Shown here: piece by piece, positions 51,254-60,952 of the stretch
How the letters are laid out: each line of letters starts with the position of its first letter
How positions within the stretch are numbered: position 1 is the first letter of the stretch
Sequence record: NC_062582.1
Direction: 5' to 3' (one strand)
DNA: 64,000 nt
Notes under the pieces: generated by a model
Database searches by the model: none
What the model was told of the DNA's origin: nothing
The model's input: the letters and a program-made list of their open reading frames with translations, nothing else
Program-made: the position numbers and the translations under genes

Positions 51254-51329
51254 TGGCTCCGAGACCAGGGTTCGAACCTGGGACCAACGGATTAACAGTC
51301 CGCTGCTCTACCAACTGAGCTATCTCGAA
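51254..51329 (-). tRNA. tRNA-Asn(GTT)
   Basis: 76 nt; AGCTCAGTTGGTAGAGC D arm, CGGA-CTGTTAA-TCCG anticodon arm, GTTCGAACC, encoded CCA. Confidence 0.95.
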
Positions 51330-51390
51330 TGAATCTCTTTAGAGTTTGTATACTCTTACATAATATTACACAAAATCAACGACTTAACTT

Positions 51391-51987
51391 CTATGGACGA
51401 TAACCGTCAAGTACGCGTTCTACAAACACAGGGCAGATCTCACGGATCACCTTCCAATCAAGTGCACGATAACGCCATGCTTCTACTGTGGTACTGATCA
51501 CACGTTCATTGTTATCCAGTGATGGTGCGATACCTTGAAGTTTATGTTCTTTGAAACCTTCCAACCGATCATCGCGTTCTACAAACTTACCGATGATTGA
51601 CGAATGGTTTTCCTGGCGAAGGTCGTAGTTGTCAATGGCGTAAATTGTAAATTCGCCTTCGGTACCTCTGTAGTACTCGAAGTAACGTGCATACGACACG
51701 ATGTTGTTAAGTAGGTTATTGCGAATATCTTCACGCAGAGCTACCGATTTAGCAAATTCGACATGTTTACTATGGATGTAATGAGTCGCATATTCGGACT
51801 GGTCCAGTTCTGTTTTGTTCCAAACAATCGTCGAATAGCAGATACTTACATCATCAATAAAAAACCTTCGACCAGTATCGGTATCTACAATGGTACCGGC
51901 TAATTCATTACCTTCGCGATCAACGATGATCACGGTCTTACCGGTGTCTTTATAAGTCTTGTAAAAAACATCATCAAAATAAATCAT
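51391..51987 (-). CDS. hypothetical protein
   Basis: GAGG SD, 198 aa. Confidence 0.7.
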   Translation of the reverse strand: MIYFDDVFYKTYKDTGKTVIIVDREGNELAGTIVDTDTGRRFFIDDVSICYSTIVWNKTELDQSEYATHYIHSKHVEFAKSVALREDIRNNLLNNIVSYARYFEYYRGTEGEFTIYAIDNYDLRQENHSSIIGKFVERDDRLEGFKEHKLQGIAPSLDNNERVISTTVEAWRYRALDWKVIREICPVFVERVLDGYRP

Positions 51988-52124
51988 TTTTAATTACCTC
52001 AAGTGCCTCGCTGTTCTTCAGCTGGCTTGATTGTAGTTAGGTAGACGGAATTGTCTACATTAAGTTGTATGCTATGGTATTAGTTTACATCATAAAGGCT
52101 ACCCTAAGGCAGCCTCTATTGTTA

Positions 52125-52646
52125 TTATGCCGTGTAAGTTACTTTAGGTTCAGGGTTAGGATTTGCTTCGTTCAACAAAGCACGACGAGCCAGTTCAGCA
52201 ACAGCTTGGTCATGCACAGATGGTGCGGGTTTTTCCTCTGCCGCAAGTGGAAAGGCTTTACGTCCACCAGCTATGATATCGTTATTAGTACCAACGGCAG
52301 TAACTTCGACCCTAGTGTTACTGGAGATTTCAATGTTCTTCTCTGTAACGGTTACTTCACTTGCATCTGCACCCACAGTACCCTTTAATTCACTGCGGCC
52401 CCACAGAGAACGAGCCCAATGGGACGAAACAGTCTTACCTGTTTCAGATACAACGTAAGCATTCCCTGTCAACTCGACACTATAGCTTTCACCTTCCTTT
52501 GGTACAACTTGGGCCATAGGCAAACCTGTGTCAGGGTCATGATAAAACTCGAACTGATCACCAGAACCAATAGCAATCATTTTGTAGTTCTTGGTCATAT
52601 CGTTATCAGGGAGATTTTGGTTAGACATAATTTTCAATAGAAACAT
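52125..52646 (-). CDS. hypothetical phage protein
   Basis: AAGG SD; AYVVSETGKTV motif. Confidence 0.7.
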   Translation of the reverse strand: MFLLKIMSNQNLPDNDMTKNYKMIAIGSGDQFEFYHDPDTGLPMAQVVPKEGESYSVELTGNAYVVSETGKTVSSHWARSLWGRSELKGTVGADASEVTVTEKNIEISSNTRVEVTAVGTNNDIIAGGRKAFPLAAEEKPAPSVHDQAVAELARRALLNEANPNPEPKVTYTA

Positions 52647-52714
52647 TTCATTTACCTTCTAGTAGTAGTGAGCCACGATATTGTGGTCTCATATGGAGTA
52701 TATGTTAGTATTAT

Positions 52715-53272
52715 TTAACCGTTAAATTTACGTGCATCTTTTTCATTGTCAAAGAACGTACATCCATAACTCGACCATTCGCCGCTAGGTTTATGGTATT
52801 TCCAATCCTTAGCCTTATCACCTAATGTACGGCGAAGCTCTACAACTGCGTCAAAGAAGCTTCTAGCTGTAGCTTTGCCAATTAAGTGTGCCTTCTCATC
52901 ATTACCATTATCACGCCAGCCCTCGACCCAGATTTCAAACTCACGTGGTTCAATAACTGCATCTCTTTGGTCAGTCAGTACTTTCATTACTTGATCAAAA
53001 TCGGTATAACCTAATTTACCTAGATCTCGAATCAGTGCCTTTTGTGCATTACCGTCAACCAGATGTTCTTGTACTTCCGGGGTAACATGAATTAATCCAC
53101 CAGCTGCCATAACCAGTGTTAACTGTTCTGCCTTGATGTATTCGCCCTTGGGATCAACCACCATATCGCCTGTAGGCTTTGGTGCATTGGCACTTAACAC
53201 AATGGTGGGTTTGTAAACATTGTAGCGTGTAAAACGTTTGAGGATCTCTGGTTCTAATACTTCACGTGTCAT
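52715..53272 (-). CDS. hypothetical phage protein
   Basis: AAGG SD, 185 aa. Confidence 0.7.
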   Translation of the reverse strand: MTREVLEPEILKRFTRYNVYKPTIVLSANAPKPTGDMVVDPKGEYIKAEQLTLVMAAGGLIHVTPEVQEHLVDGNAQKALIRDLGKLGYTDFDQVMKVLTDQRDAVIEPREFEIWVEGWRDNGNDEKAHLIGKATARSFFDAVVELRRTLGDKAKDWKYHKPSGEWSSYGCTFFDNEKDARKFNG

Positions 53273-53282
53273 TGTAGTTACC

Positions 53283-53815
53283 TTAAATTGTAATTAGTTT
53301 ATTGAGTTGTTCCGATGTTAACTGACGAGCTTTCATCCTTGCTTCGACCTGTCTATCCCAAGTCTGCATACGTTCTTGAAATGCAAGTTGACGTTCAGTT
53401 ATTTCTTCAGGCGTAAGTGATCGTAACGGATTATTAGCCAGTTCTATTAAAGCTTTTAAAGACATTTTTTATCCTTGACAGCTACCTGCTGCCGGTATCA
53501 GACAGCGAACACAATAACTGCGCCATCCATTTTCCCTTGTCTCAGGTACCCAGTCTTTATGTGGGCAAATTTCTTGAGGTAGTAATGTAGGTTTATTTAT
53601 TGGCGGCGCCCGATGAAGAAGTTGTTTAATAAGAGCTATCAGTAATTTCATAGTGTACACCTTTTGTTTAATAACTCGGGAGTCATTCGCTGACTTTCAA
53701 AGTCTTCCTGTGCTTTCCGATTAAACTCGATTGACCTTTTGGTATGTGCAGCAAGTCTTTCTTGTTTAGTCCCTTGTCTAATTAAAGCGTCTTTTACTAG
53801 TTGCTCTATATTCAT
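53283..53815 (-). other. three small CDS: 53283..53465, 53469..53660, 53648..about 53815
   Basis: First and third share a C-terminal (L/M)T.E.LNK..T(I/L) motif; terminator at 53831-53858. Confidence 0.6.
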
Positions 53816-53978
53816 TTTTAATTCCTTAGTCGGCATAAGAGCCACCCGAAGGTGACTCCTAAGATTTGATAGTTGTAGAAGGATCTCTTCTAGAGTCAGT
53901 CTAAACTAACCCTGCATGCAACTACGATTGACTTGAAGTATGTACACCTTCAACTATATCATTACATGCTGAGTATTA

Positions 53979-54869
53979 TTAATCTACAAGAATCAAACGT
54001 GTACCGGTACGTCCCATGGCTGCAAGATACTGTTGCAACTTGGTTACTTTCAAATGGTCCTGTGCGATCAGTTTTGCCGCTCCGTAAATAACGATGTTAC
54101 GGAAGTTCCGTGGGTATACACGATGCAGAGAATCGGAAAGGTATTTAGCCTTCAGGAACCAATTCGACCAGCCGTAGTATTTCATTGGGTCTGGTTCGCA
54201 ATCATCGTTAACCATTCCGTCAAAAGACTCTTTCTCTTCAAGCCCTGCACTGTACACCTTTGTAAGCGGGTCAATCAAAACAAGCATAGAATCACGATGG
54301 GAAAGATCACGATGTAGTGCGCTCATGATGATCTCATTTTGTTGATTGGCTTCCTGAATCAATGGGAATACGTCATGCCAGATGCCGTCTTTATCTGCCT
54401 GACTACCATGTCGGCCTTGTGGCGCTACGAAGTCGGCACGCAGAAACAAAGTCTTGTACCCGTAGGTCTTTTCCAATTTGTCAAATACCCAATCTACATT
54501 TTCAATAGCCGCATTAACGGTAAATGTTTCGTCACGATTGCGGTGCCATGAAGGGTATGTGCCCATGTGAACGTCGAGGGTATTGTCATTGGTATTGATA
54601 ATATCTGACAACAGGGTATGTATGGTGGAATCAATACGACCGATACAAACCGCTTCATCCGTTGGACTACAGTCTGGATCAGAATCTTCTTCAGGAGATT
54701 CGAAATAATGGAACATGGAGTCATATCGAGAAGCCTGACGAATTAGATCATCAGTTAGCCATTCTCCCTCGCCTTGGGGATTATGTACTTCGATGTGTTG
54801 TGGTGTTACTACTAGGTCTTCAGAGTTACTGCTAAATTTAATATGTGTCATCTCTATATCCTCTGCCAC
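53979..54869 (-). CDS. hypothetical protein (~290 aa)
   Basis: Long ORF; true start may be the ATG at 54851. Confidence 0.7.
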   Translation of the reverse strand: MAEDIEMTHIKFSSNSEDLVVTPQHIEVHNPQGEGEWLTDDLIRQASRYDSMFHYFESPEEDSDPDCSPTDEAVCIGRIDSTIHTLLSDIINTNDNTLDVHMGTYPSWHRNRDETFTVNAAIENVDWVFDKLEKTYGYKTLFLRADFVAPQGRHGSQADKDGIWHDVFPLIQEANQQNEIIMSALHRDLSHRDSMLVLIDPLTKVYSAGLEEKESFDGMVNDDCEPDPMKYYGWSNWFLKAKYLSDSLHRVYPRNFRNIVIYGAAKLIAQDHLKVTKLQQYLAAMGRTGTRLILVD

Positions 54870-54936
54870 GATGGGCTATGGTATTAGTTTAGGTAGCATA
54901 ATTGCTACATATCTGATAACATTCAGGTATATTAAT

Positions 54937-54977
54937 TATTAGAAGCGTTTTTACCACTATATTACTAATTCGATATT
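54937..54977 (+). promoter_or_regulatory. 41-bp early promoter element, copy 3
   Basis: TATTAGAAGCGTTTTTACCACTATATTACTAATTCGATATT, one mismatch from copy 2. Confidence 0.8.
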
Positions 54978-55020
54978 CAATGAAGGATATCAAATCAAAC
55001 TACTAAATAGGAATGAAATT

Positions 55021-55497
55021 ATGAACGCAGTAACTAAAGCTATCGCCGCCGCCAATGCCGCTATCGCTGTCGAATCCGGCAATCGTGTTGCAATGGTAAT
55101 GAAGGTCGCTGAAGGTGAAGGTACCAAGGAAGAAGTTCTAGCATCCGTAGTACATCTTAACAACACTATTACAGATATGAAACTTGTAAAGGAAATGTTT
55201 GCTAAGTTCCTTGAGCATAAAGAAGCTGATACATTCAGCTTTGATGTTTGGTACGAAGGTTTTAAACATTGCAACCTGGAAAGTAGCTTTAAGTTAGATC
55301 GTAATTCGGAACCATACGCTGCGTTCTTTCATCAGTTGGTTAATGGTGATCGTGCAGATCTGTTAGAGTACTTCACTAATGATGTACTGCCGGTTATCGG
55401 TATGCTTCCAACTATCATTGATAACCTGACAATGACTTCCAGTGTTCTGGAAGAATTGAAGGTTGTTGTAGCGGCTAAGCGTCGCGCCGTAATGTAA
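55021..55497 (+). CDS. early hypothetical protein (single-gene islet)
   Basis: Between the early promoter and a terminator; TAAATAGGAA leader. Confidence 0.75.
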   Translation: MNAVTKAIAAANAAIAVESGNRVAMVMKVAEGEGTKEEVLASVVHLNNTITDMKLVKEMFAKFLEHKEADTFSFDVWYEGFKHCNLESSFKLDRNSEPYAAFFHQLVNGDRADLLEYFTNDVLPVIGMLPTIIDNLTMTSSVLEELKVVVAAKRRAVM

Positions 55498-55502
55498 TGG
55501 AA

Positions 55503-55547
55503 TAAAGCCCCTACCTTCGGGTAGGGGTTTATAACCTTTTCTTTTTT
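55503..55547. terminator. bidirectional terminator
   Basis: TAAAGCCCCTACC-TTCG-GGTAGGGGTTTATAACCTTTTCTTTTTT, nearly identical to 59781. Confidence 0.85.
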
Positions 55548-55635
55548 GTTTGAGGCGGCATAAAACTGAACCATCCATGGCTCAGTCCTATACTTAAACT
55601 AAACTCTTAAAGCTAAGTCATTGTAATACATAGTA

Positions 55636-57846
55636 TTAGTCAGCAGAAGCTTCCATAATCCACAACGTGCCCCGTACAACGCCATCAATATTTTCCCAAG
55701 CATTAGAGAAACTGCTATAGAAAGATTCTTGTACATTATCACCGGCTTTACCGATAGCGATTGATAATTCTTTGGCAGCGCCTTCAAGACGTGCTGTTTC
55801 CATACCGTTGACCCCAAAACGTTCTTTACCAGAATCTGTGTAAAGAAGCTTATAGAGACCAGATGAATATACGGCATCACTGGCTCGACGGTATTTAATA
55901 GCCTCTTCAAAGATACCTGCTGCTTTAAGCATACCTTCTTTATCAAGAGCAGCTACATCTCCCGGACTACCAAGATCCATATCTGGCGCTTGTTCCAATT
56001 GGCGTTTTGGACGAATCTCAAACATATCAAGTAATGCTTTAACCTTATCACTATCGCCGTTTAGTGCTTTAGCGAACTTAGTTAAATATTCGACTTCTTC
56101 TTTAACGTACTGACGCGTTTCTTCGAAAGACTTAGCGTTGTTTTGTTTAACTTTAGTGAATGTCTTTTCTGGGTTAGCAGCGACATCATTACAACCTTTA
56201 ACTTTAACCCGATGGCCTGTTTTCAGTCTACGTTTCTTAACCCATTCTGGATTACCATAGGTTGCTTTAACTGCGTCAACTGCTTCATCGTAAGCAGCAT
56301 TAATCTTTGGTAAATCTTCATAGTTACCACCGAAGAGATAACGTACAGCGCCCCAGATACCCTCATTAGAAACAGTATGGTTCTCAAAACCTGTGTTGTT
56401 AATATTCGTGATAGACTTAGACATGCAGTTAATCAGACTATCGGAAATGTTTTCACTGTTAATACTTAAAGCGTGGGTCTTAGTGCCATTAACGATATTG
56501 GTATTAACCCGATTGATTATTGCGTTATAAGCGGTAACCAACTGTTTAAGTTTCGGTAGTACCGCTTTGTTCTCTGGTTTCCGTCCTGAGAATGAAACAG
56601 CCACGTCACTAACGTAGTGTTTCTTCTGTAGAGTAGATGCGTATGCAAACCTAAGACGTGTTTCTTGTACGTCGTCTAACATACCTGCAAACTTAACTAC
56701 CTCGGTCTGAGTAAGTGCTTCCATAGGAGTAGGAAACAATTCTTCGTAGAGTAGTTCCGGTTCTTTGAGGTTCAGGTTAGTATTGAATTGCCACGGATTC
56801 AAGGTAGCCAGCAAACCATCTACAACACTAGTATTAACAACTGAGTGACCATTGACACTTGAAGCAAAAAAGTTCTCAACTGCTCTTAACTGTGTCGTAA
56901 CCTTACGGAGTTCATTCTTATTGTGTTGCAACGCTGTATTGAGACTACGTTTAAATTCATCCACAAAACGTGGGGCATTACGTACATCAAAACCCTTGAT
57001 TACTTCTGGTTCAATAATACCAGTTTTAAAACTTTGGCGACTCAGCCAGGTCTTATCCATAATCGTCTTACGAAGAAGATTCTGTAGATTTGCCGAGTCA
57101 CCTTTCATCTTTACCGAGGTGGGACGACCTGAAAAGAAATCCCCGATTGTAGACCAGAAACCCTCATTGGCTACTGTTGGCTTGGTCATCAAGTATTCAG
57201 TAATCTTTAAGGCTCTCTGTGCAACTGGTTCTAGACCATCCTTGCCAGCCTTTTCTTTAACTTCTTCAAACTTTTCATTTGCTATGGTGTTCATGTCTTT
57301 ACCTTCTAATGTATTCTGAAATGCCTGGATTAATTGTAATGCTCTTATACCTTTAGGGTCCGAGATAGATTCTATCCCTGGCTGAAGAGTAATACGACCT
57401 TTATAATTACGACCAGCATACTGAATGCCATGTCGATGGTACATGTGGTTCACATACGCGTTTAAACCAGTACCAGAGTTAGCCAACTCCCGCATCCGAT
57501 AGATACGTTCTGGTAATGTAGAAGCATGTGTATAAAGATAAAGTGAACCGTCTTTGAACTTAATAAGAAACCAATCGACACCTGAGTCATATTCGGAAAC
57601 GCCCGAGTTACCACCAATGTTCCGATAAGGGACCATGTCATCATCACCGCGTGTTAGCAGTTCTGTCCAGACTGGTGATTTAATACCTAGAGTCTTTGGT
57701 AGTTCTGGCTCTTCCCATACGTCTACTTCACCGTGATCCATGTACTCCGAATCGAATGTTTGATCGTACCAATCGTCCCACCAAGCTTCTGTAGAAATAT
57801 TTAATTGCTTGAGGATACGGAATTTATATCTGTCTAATATATTCAT
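55636..57846 (-). CDS. large virion head/internal protein with multiple (S/A/G)-X-E processing sites and a KTSC-like module
   Basis: STE, GIE, ANE and SNE motifs precede modules; two related GFW/GIW-starting domains; YRNIGGNSGV..Y..G.D...I.F.DGS.Y.Y domain; start at ATG 57846 after AGGT. Confidence 0.6.
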   Translation of the reverse strand: MNILDRYKFRILKQLNISTEAWWDDWYDQTFDSEYMDHGEVDVWEEPELPKTLGIKSPVWTELLTRGDDDMVPYRNIGGNSGVSEYDSGVDWFLIKFKDGSLYLYTHASTLPERIYRMRELANSGTGLNAYVNHMYHRHGIQYAGRNYKGRITLQPGIESISDPKGIRALQLIQAFQNTLEGKDMNTIANEKFEEVKEKAGKDGLEPVAQRALKITEYLMTKPTVANEGFWSTIGDFFSGRPTSVKMKGDSANLQNLLRKTIMDKTWLSRQSFKTGIIEPEVIKGFDVRNAPRFVDEFKRSLNTALQHNKNELRKVTTQLRAVENFFASSVNGHSVVNTSVVDGLLATLNPWQFNTNLNLKEPELLYEELFPTPMEALTQTEVVKFAGMLDDVQETRLRFAYASTLQKKHYVSDVAVSFSGRKPENKAVLPKLKQLVTAYNAIINRVNTNIVNGTKTHALSINSENISDSLINCMSKSITNINNTGFENHTVSNEGIWGAVRYLFGGNYEDLPKINAAYDEAVDAVKATYGNPEWVKKRRLKTGHRVKVKGCNDVAANPEKTFTKVKQNNAKSFEETRQYVKEEVEYLTKFAKALNGDSDKVKALLDMFEIRPKRQLEQAPDMDLGSPGDVAALDKEGMLKAAGIFEEAIKYRRASDAVYSSGLYKLLYTDSGKERFGVNGMETARLEGAAKELSIAIGKAGDNVQESFYSSFSNAWENIDGVVRGTLWIMEASAD

Positions 57847-57861
57847 TTTATACCTATAACA

Positions 57862-57890
57862 AAATAAAGCCTCTCCCGAAGGAGAGACCT
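57862..57890 (-). terminator. intrinsic terminator
   Basis: Reverse complement GGTCTCTCC-TTCG-GGAGAGGC-TTTATTTT. Confidence 0.75.
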
Positions 57891-57959
57891 TATCAACCAA
57901 ACATCAAAGGAGAACCGCTAATCACGATGTGGGAACACCGTCACTCACATACTATTACA

Positions 57960-58352
57960 TTATTCAGTAGTGTCTTCCGGCTCACGGTAGTAATCTTCAA
58001 ACGGGGTTTGAATTGCCGCGCCTTGTTCTGTTGGTAACAGATAAACAAAGTAAGGATAGAACGCTGGAATAACAGTTAACTCTTTTACATATTCTTCGAT
58101 TGCTTCAATACCTTCCGAAGGTGGTCGACTATGCAAGACCGTTCCTATTTCGTAAGCATTGGTACTATAGATTACATACATCTCTTCTCGATAAGAGTTC
58201 TCTTCTTCTACCCAAACAGCTGTATCCGGTACTACCAGACCAGAGGTTATGGATGTGATCATACCACCAGTTAACCAGTTGCGATTTAAACGAACAGGGA
58301 TATCGTCTTCGTTAACCCATTCGCCAGGGGCGATTTCTCTAATTACAGGCAT
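57960..58352 (-). CDS. acidic hypothetical protein
   Basis: AAGGA SD, 130 aa. Confidence 0.65.
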   Translation of the reverse strand: MPVIREIAPGEWVNEDDIPVRLNRNWLTGGMITSITSGLVVPDTAVWVEEENSYREEMYVIYSTNAYEIGTVLHSRPPSEGIEAIEEYVKELTVIPAFYPYFVYLLPTEQGAAIQTPFEDYYREPEDTTE

Positions 58353-58380
58353 GCTACATTCCTTAAGTTAATTTACATAG

Positions 58381-58421
58381 TATTAGAAGTGTTTTTAGGA
58401 CTATATAACTAATCTGATATT
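58381..58421 (+). promoter_or_regulatory. 41-bp early promoter element, copy 4 (TATATAAC variant)
   Basis: TATTAGAAGTGTTTTTAGGACTATATAACTAATCTGATATT. Confidence 0.65.
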
Positions 58422-58444
58422 AACCAGCTAAATAGGAAATCCAG

Positions 58445-59775
58445 ATGGCGATTCTAAAGAAACCATTCGATGTAAAGTTGATTCCATTCTGCGCATTTGA
58501 AAATGCACGCAGTTACGAAGCAGCTGTATATGCTGTTGAACAAGTCAATAAAGTTTTAGCTTTGGTGAAACAAGGTTATTTGGTTTTAGAGGATGGTGCT
58601 CTCTTCAATCCAGGTTTCGAGATCAATTACTCAAAGACTACTTTTAGCATGTACGGCTTTGAGAACGATGGTACTGATAAAGTCGGTTGCCGGATCTGGC
58701 TTGTTGGTCATTGTAAAGGTGGACCTAACTACGATCTCAACTATGTTACAAAGAAAGAGATCAAAGACTGGTTCAAGAAATATCGCTTTATCAAAAAATC
58801 TAATATCCTCAACTTGCTTAAGGTTTAAATCATGTGGTCTCTTTTCTGGGCTTTCTCAGGTGTGATGCTCCTGAGTTATTTGGCATTCACTGCACTGGTA
58901 ACTGCTCGTGTGTTTGAGCACATCCAAACAGCTCATCGTATTGAATACCGGGTGGTACGCGATCATCTCATTTGGCCTGACGTTCCACAATGGAACACCG
59001 CGCTGTATGAATTACGTACACAGACTAATCGCCTGATCAATCAGATCCGGGATAGCGAGATTTTCCCCACGGTTGCCGATAGAGCTATCAAAGCTATTGA
59101 AGAAAGTCGTGATCGTTATATCGCTGTGTTGGAAACCAAGATCGTAACAACCAAACATCGTGTTGATGTAAAGGTTTAAAGATAATAACTAACTAGGTGT
59201 TTGACCGTGATGAAAAAAGTCCTTGCTTTTATTGCAGCATCTGTTATTGTAGTAACCATCGGTTATGCATTGAATGCAACCGTAATTGCAACTCACTCCC
59301 TCTGATTAAATAGGAAATAAAAATCATGACTACTCAGAAATCTCAAAGCACTCTGGAAATCAATGCCTTCGGTCAACGTGCCGGTGAACTCGGTAGTGAA
59401 TTCAGTAATGCTATTTTCTCTAAAGGTATTGCGAACATTACCCAACTAGAGAAAGACTCCCTGCTCGAAGTGATGGAATGGAACTGTCTGGTTCAGAAAG
59501 CCTTCATCGAATGGCTCGGGGGCGATCGTAGTTTTGAAACCTGGCTTCCGTTCTTCTATGTTACTCAGTCTGGTTTCGATTATGACAAGATCGATCCAAC
59601 CGGTGAGTTGAAAGCAATGGCAGGTAAGAAGTGGGATGAAGCTGTCCTCAAAACTTACTTTGATGAAGAGATCAAAGACGCGGTATCCGGTCTTGAAATC
59701 AAAGATGTAAATATTACTTTGGCCATGTTCGAAGAAGGTCTGGTATACGTTAAAGCTCTTCAGGTAGCAGCCTAA
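58445..59775 (+). other. early islet: 58445..58828, 58832..59179 (TM), a 31-aa signal-like ORF near 59211, 59326..59775
   Basis: Downstream of the early promoter; TAAATAGGAA leaders; closed by a terminator. Confidence 0.7.
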
Positions 59776-59826
59776 CGGCATAAAGCCCCTACCTTCGGGT
59801 AGGGGTTTATACCCTTTTCTTTTTTT
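59776..59826. terminator. bidirectional terminator
   Basis: CGGCATAAAGCCCCTACC-TTCG-GGTAGGGGTTTATACCCTTTTCTTTTTT. Confidence 0.85.
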
Positions 59827-60952
59827 ACAGTTCGAAGTCTTCGTCGTCGTCATCACGTTTCATGATGTTAACTTTGTACTGGCCATTTGCTTCTTCTTGT
59901 GGGGAAGGTTGATTGTCAGACATGTTCAGCCAACCAGTCATGTAATGTAGTGGGTTGGTTTCAACTTGACGATAGTTCAGTTCCAGTTTAAATGGACGCG
60001 CCACGTTAGTAGCACCAAACAGAACCCAGTTCTCAAGCTTCTTCATATCCAGATGTTCAAGACCATCATCACCAGTTTCGCCTTCAGCAAATACAAAAGG
60101 AATGAAGTCAAGTTCACATTGTGTAACCTCGTTTAGAATCTCTTCCATTCTAGGTTTCAACATCCGGTAAGCAATCTGCCCACGCTCTGTTGTAAGCTCG
60201 TGTGCCAGCACCGCCTTGTCCAAGTCTACGTGAACTTCATATTCGTCTTGTGCGATCTTCTGGACAGCTTTACCAATGGGCATGAACTTGTTTTCTTCTG
60301 CCAATGCAAAGGTCACAGCAAAAGAAGCCATGAATTGAATACGTTCCATGCAAAGCATTACGAAAGCAAACATGAAGATAGCGTTGTAGGTCTCTTGGTC
60401 ATTCTCAACCAAGCCCAAAGCAAACTCCAGACCACGTTTACGGATAGCGTGCAATTCACGACCAACCACGGACAAACGTTGCATCGCTTCTGTGATATCA
60501 AGAATCTCTTCTAGAACCTCACGGCCTGGTGTACCGGTACGGACGATCTCAGAGTAAGTAGCGGCATGGACTACTTCGTTATCAGATACACGTTGCCATG
60601 CTGCCCACAGTTCGCTACAAGGGTTAAACAAACTGACGATATGAGCGATAGCACGAGAGGCGATAGAGTCTGCTTCCCATTGCCATGCCAACGACTTCAG
60701 CATCTTCTGAACTTTACCATTCGGCAAAGATTGGAACTCAGCTTTACAACTGGAGTAATCGAACTCTACTTCATCCCAGTCAAGGGATTTCATAGTTTTG
60801 TACAGACTCCAAATAACAGGATATTGTTTGTTCACGGTATCGAACAGTCCTGGCTCTTCGCCTAGGAACAGACTAGTATTCTTGTAGTCTGATTTTTTAG
60901 TATTAAAGATTGTGCTAGGGATGATGTCAGTAAGTTGTGTTCCGAGAGTCAT
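59825..60952 (-). CDS. nrdB: ribonucleotide reductase class Ia beta subunit
   Basis: WEADS (D84), EVVHAATY (E115/H118/Y122), MERIQF and DEYEVH metal-ligand motifs. Confidence 0.92.
   Translation of the reverse strand: MTLGTQLTDIIPSTIFNTKKSDYKNTSLFLGEEPGLFDTVNKQYPVIWSLYKTMKSLDWDEVEFDYSSCKAEFQSLPNGKVQKMLKSLAWQWEADSIASRAIAHIVSLFNPCSELWAAWQRVSDNEVVHAATYSEIVRTGTPGREVLEEILDITEAMQRLSVVGRELHAIRKRGLEFALGLVENDQETYNAIFMFAFVMLCMERIQFMASFAVTFALAEENKFMPIGKAVQKIAQDEYEVHVDLDKAVLAHELTTERGQIAYRMLKPRMEEILNEVTQCELDFIPFVFAEGETGDDGLEHLDMKKLENWVLFGATNVARPFKLELNYRQVETNPLHYMTGWLNMSDNQPSPQEEANGQYKVNIMKRDDDDEDFEL

Noticed and set aside
55332-59856. Apparent paralogous ORFs sharing KKRKGYKPLPEGRG (55332, 55363, 59446)
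   Set aside because: The shared peptide is just the reverse translation of the duplicated terminator.
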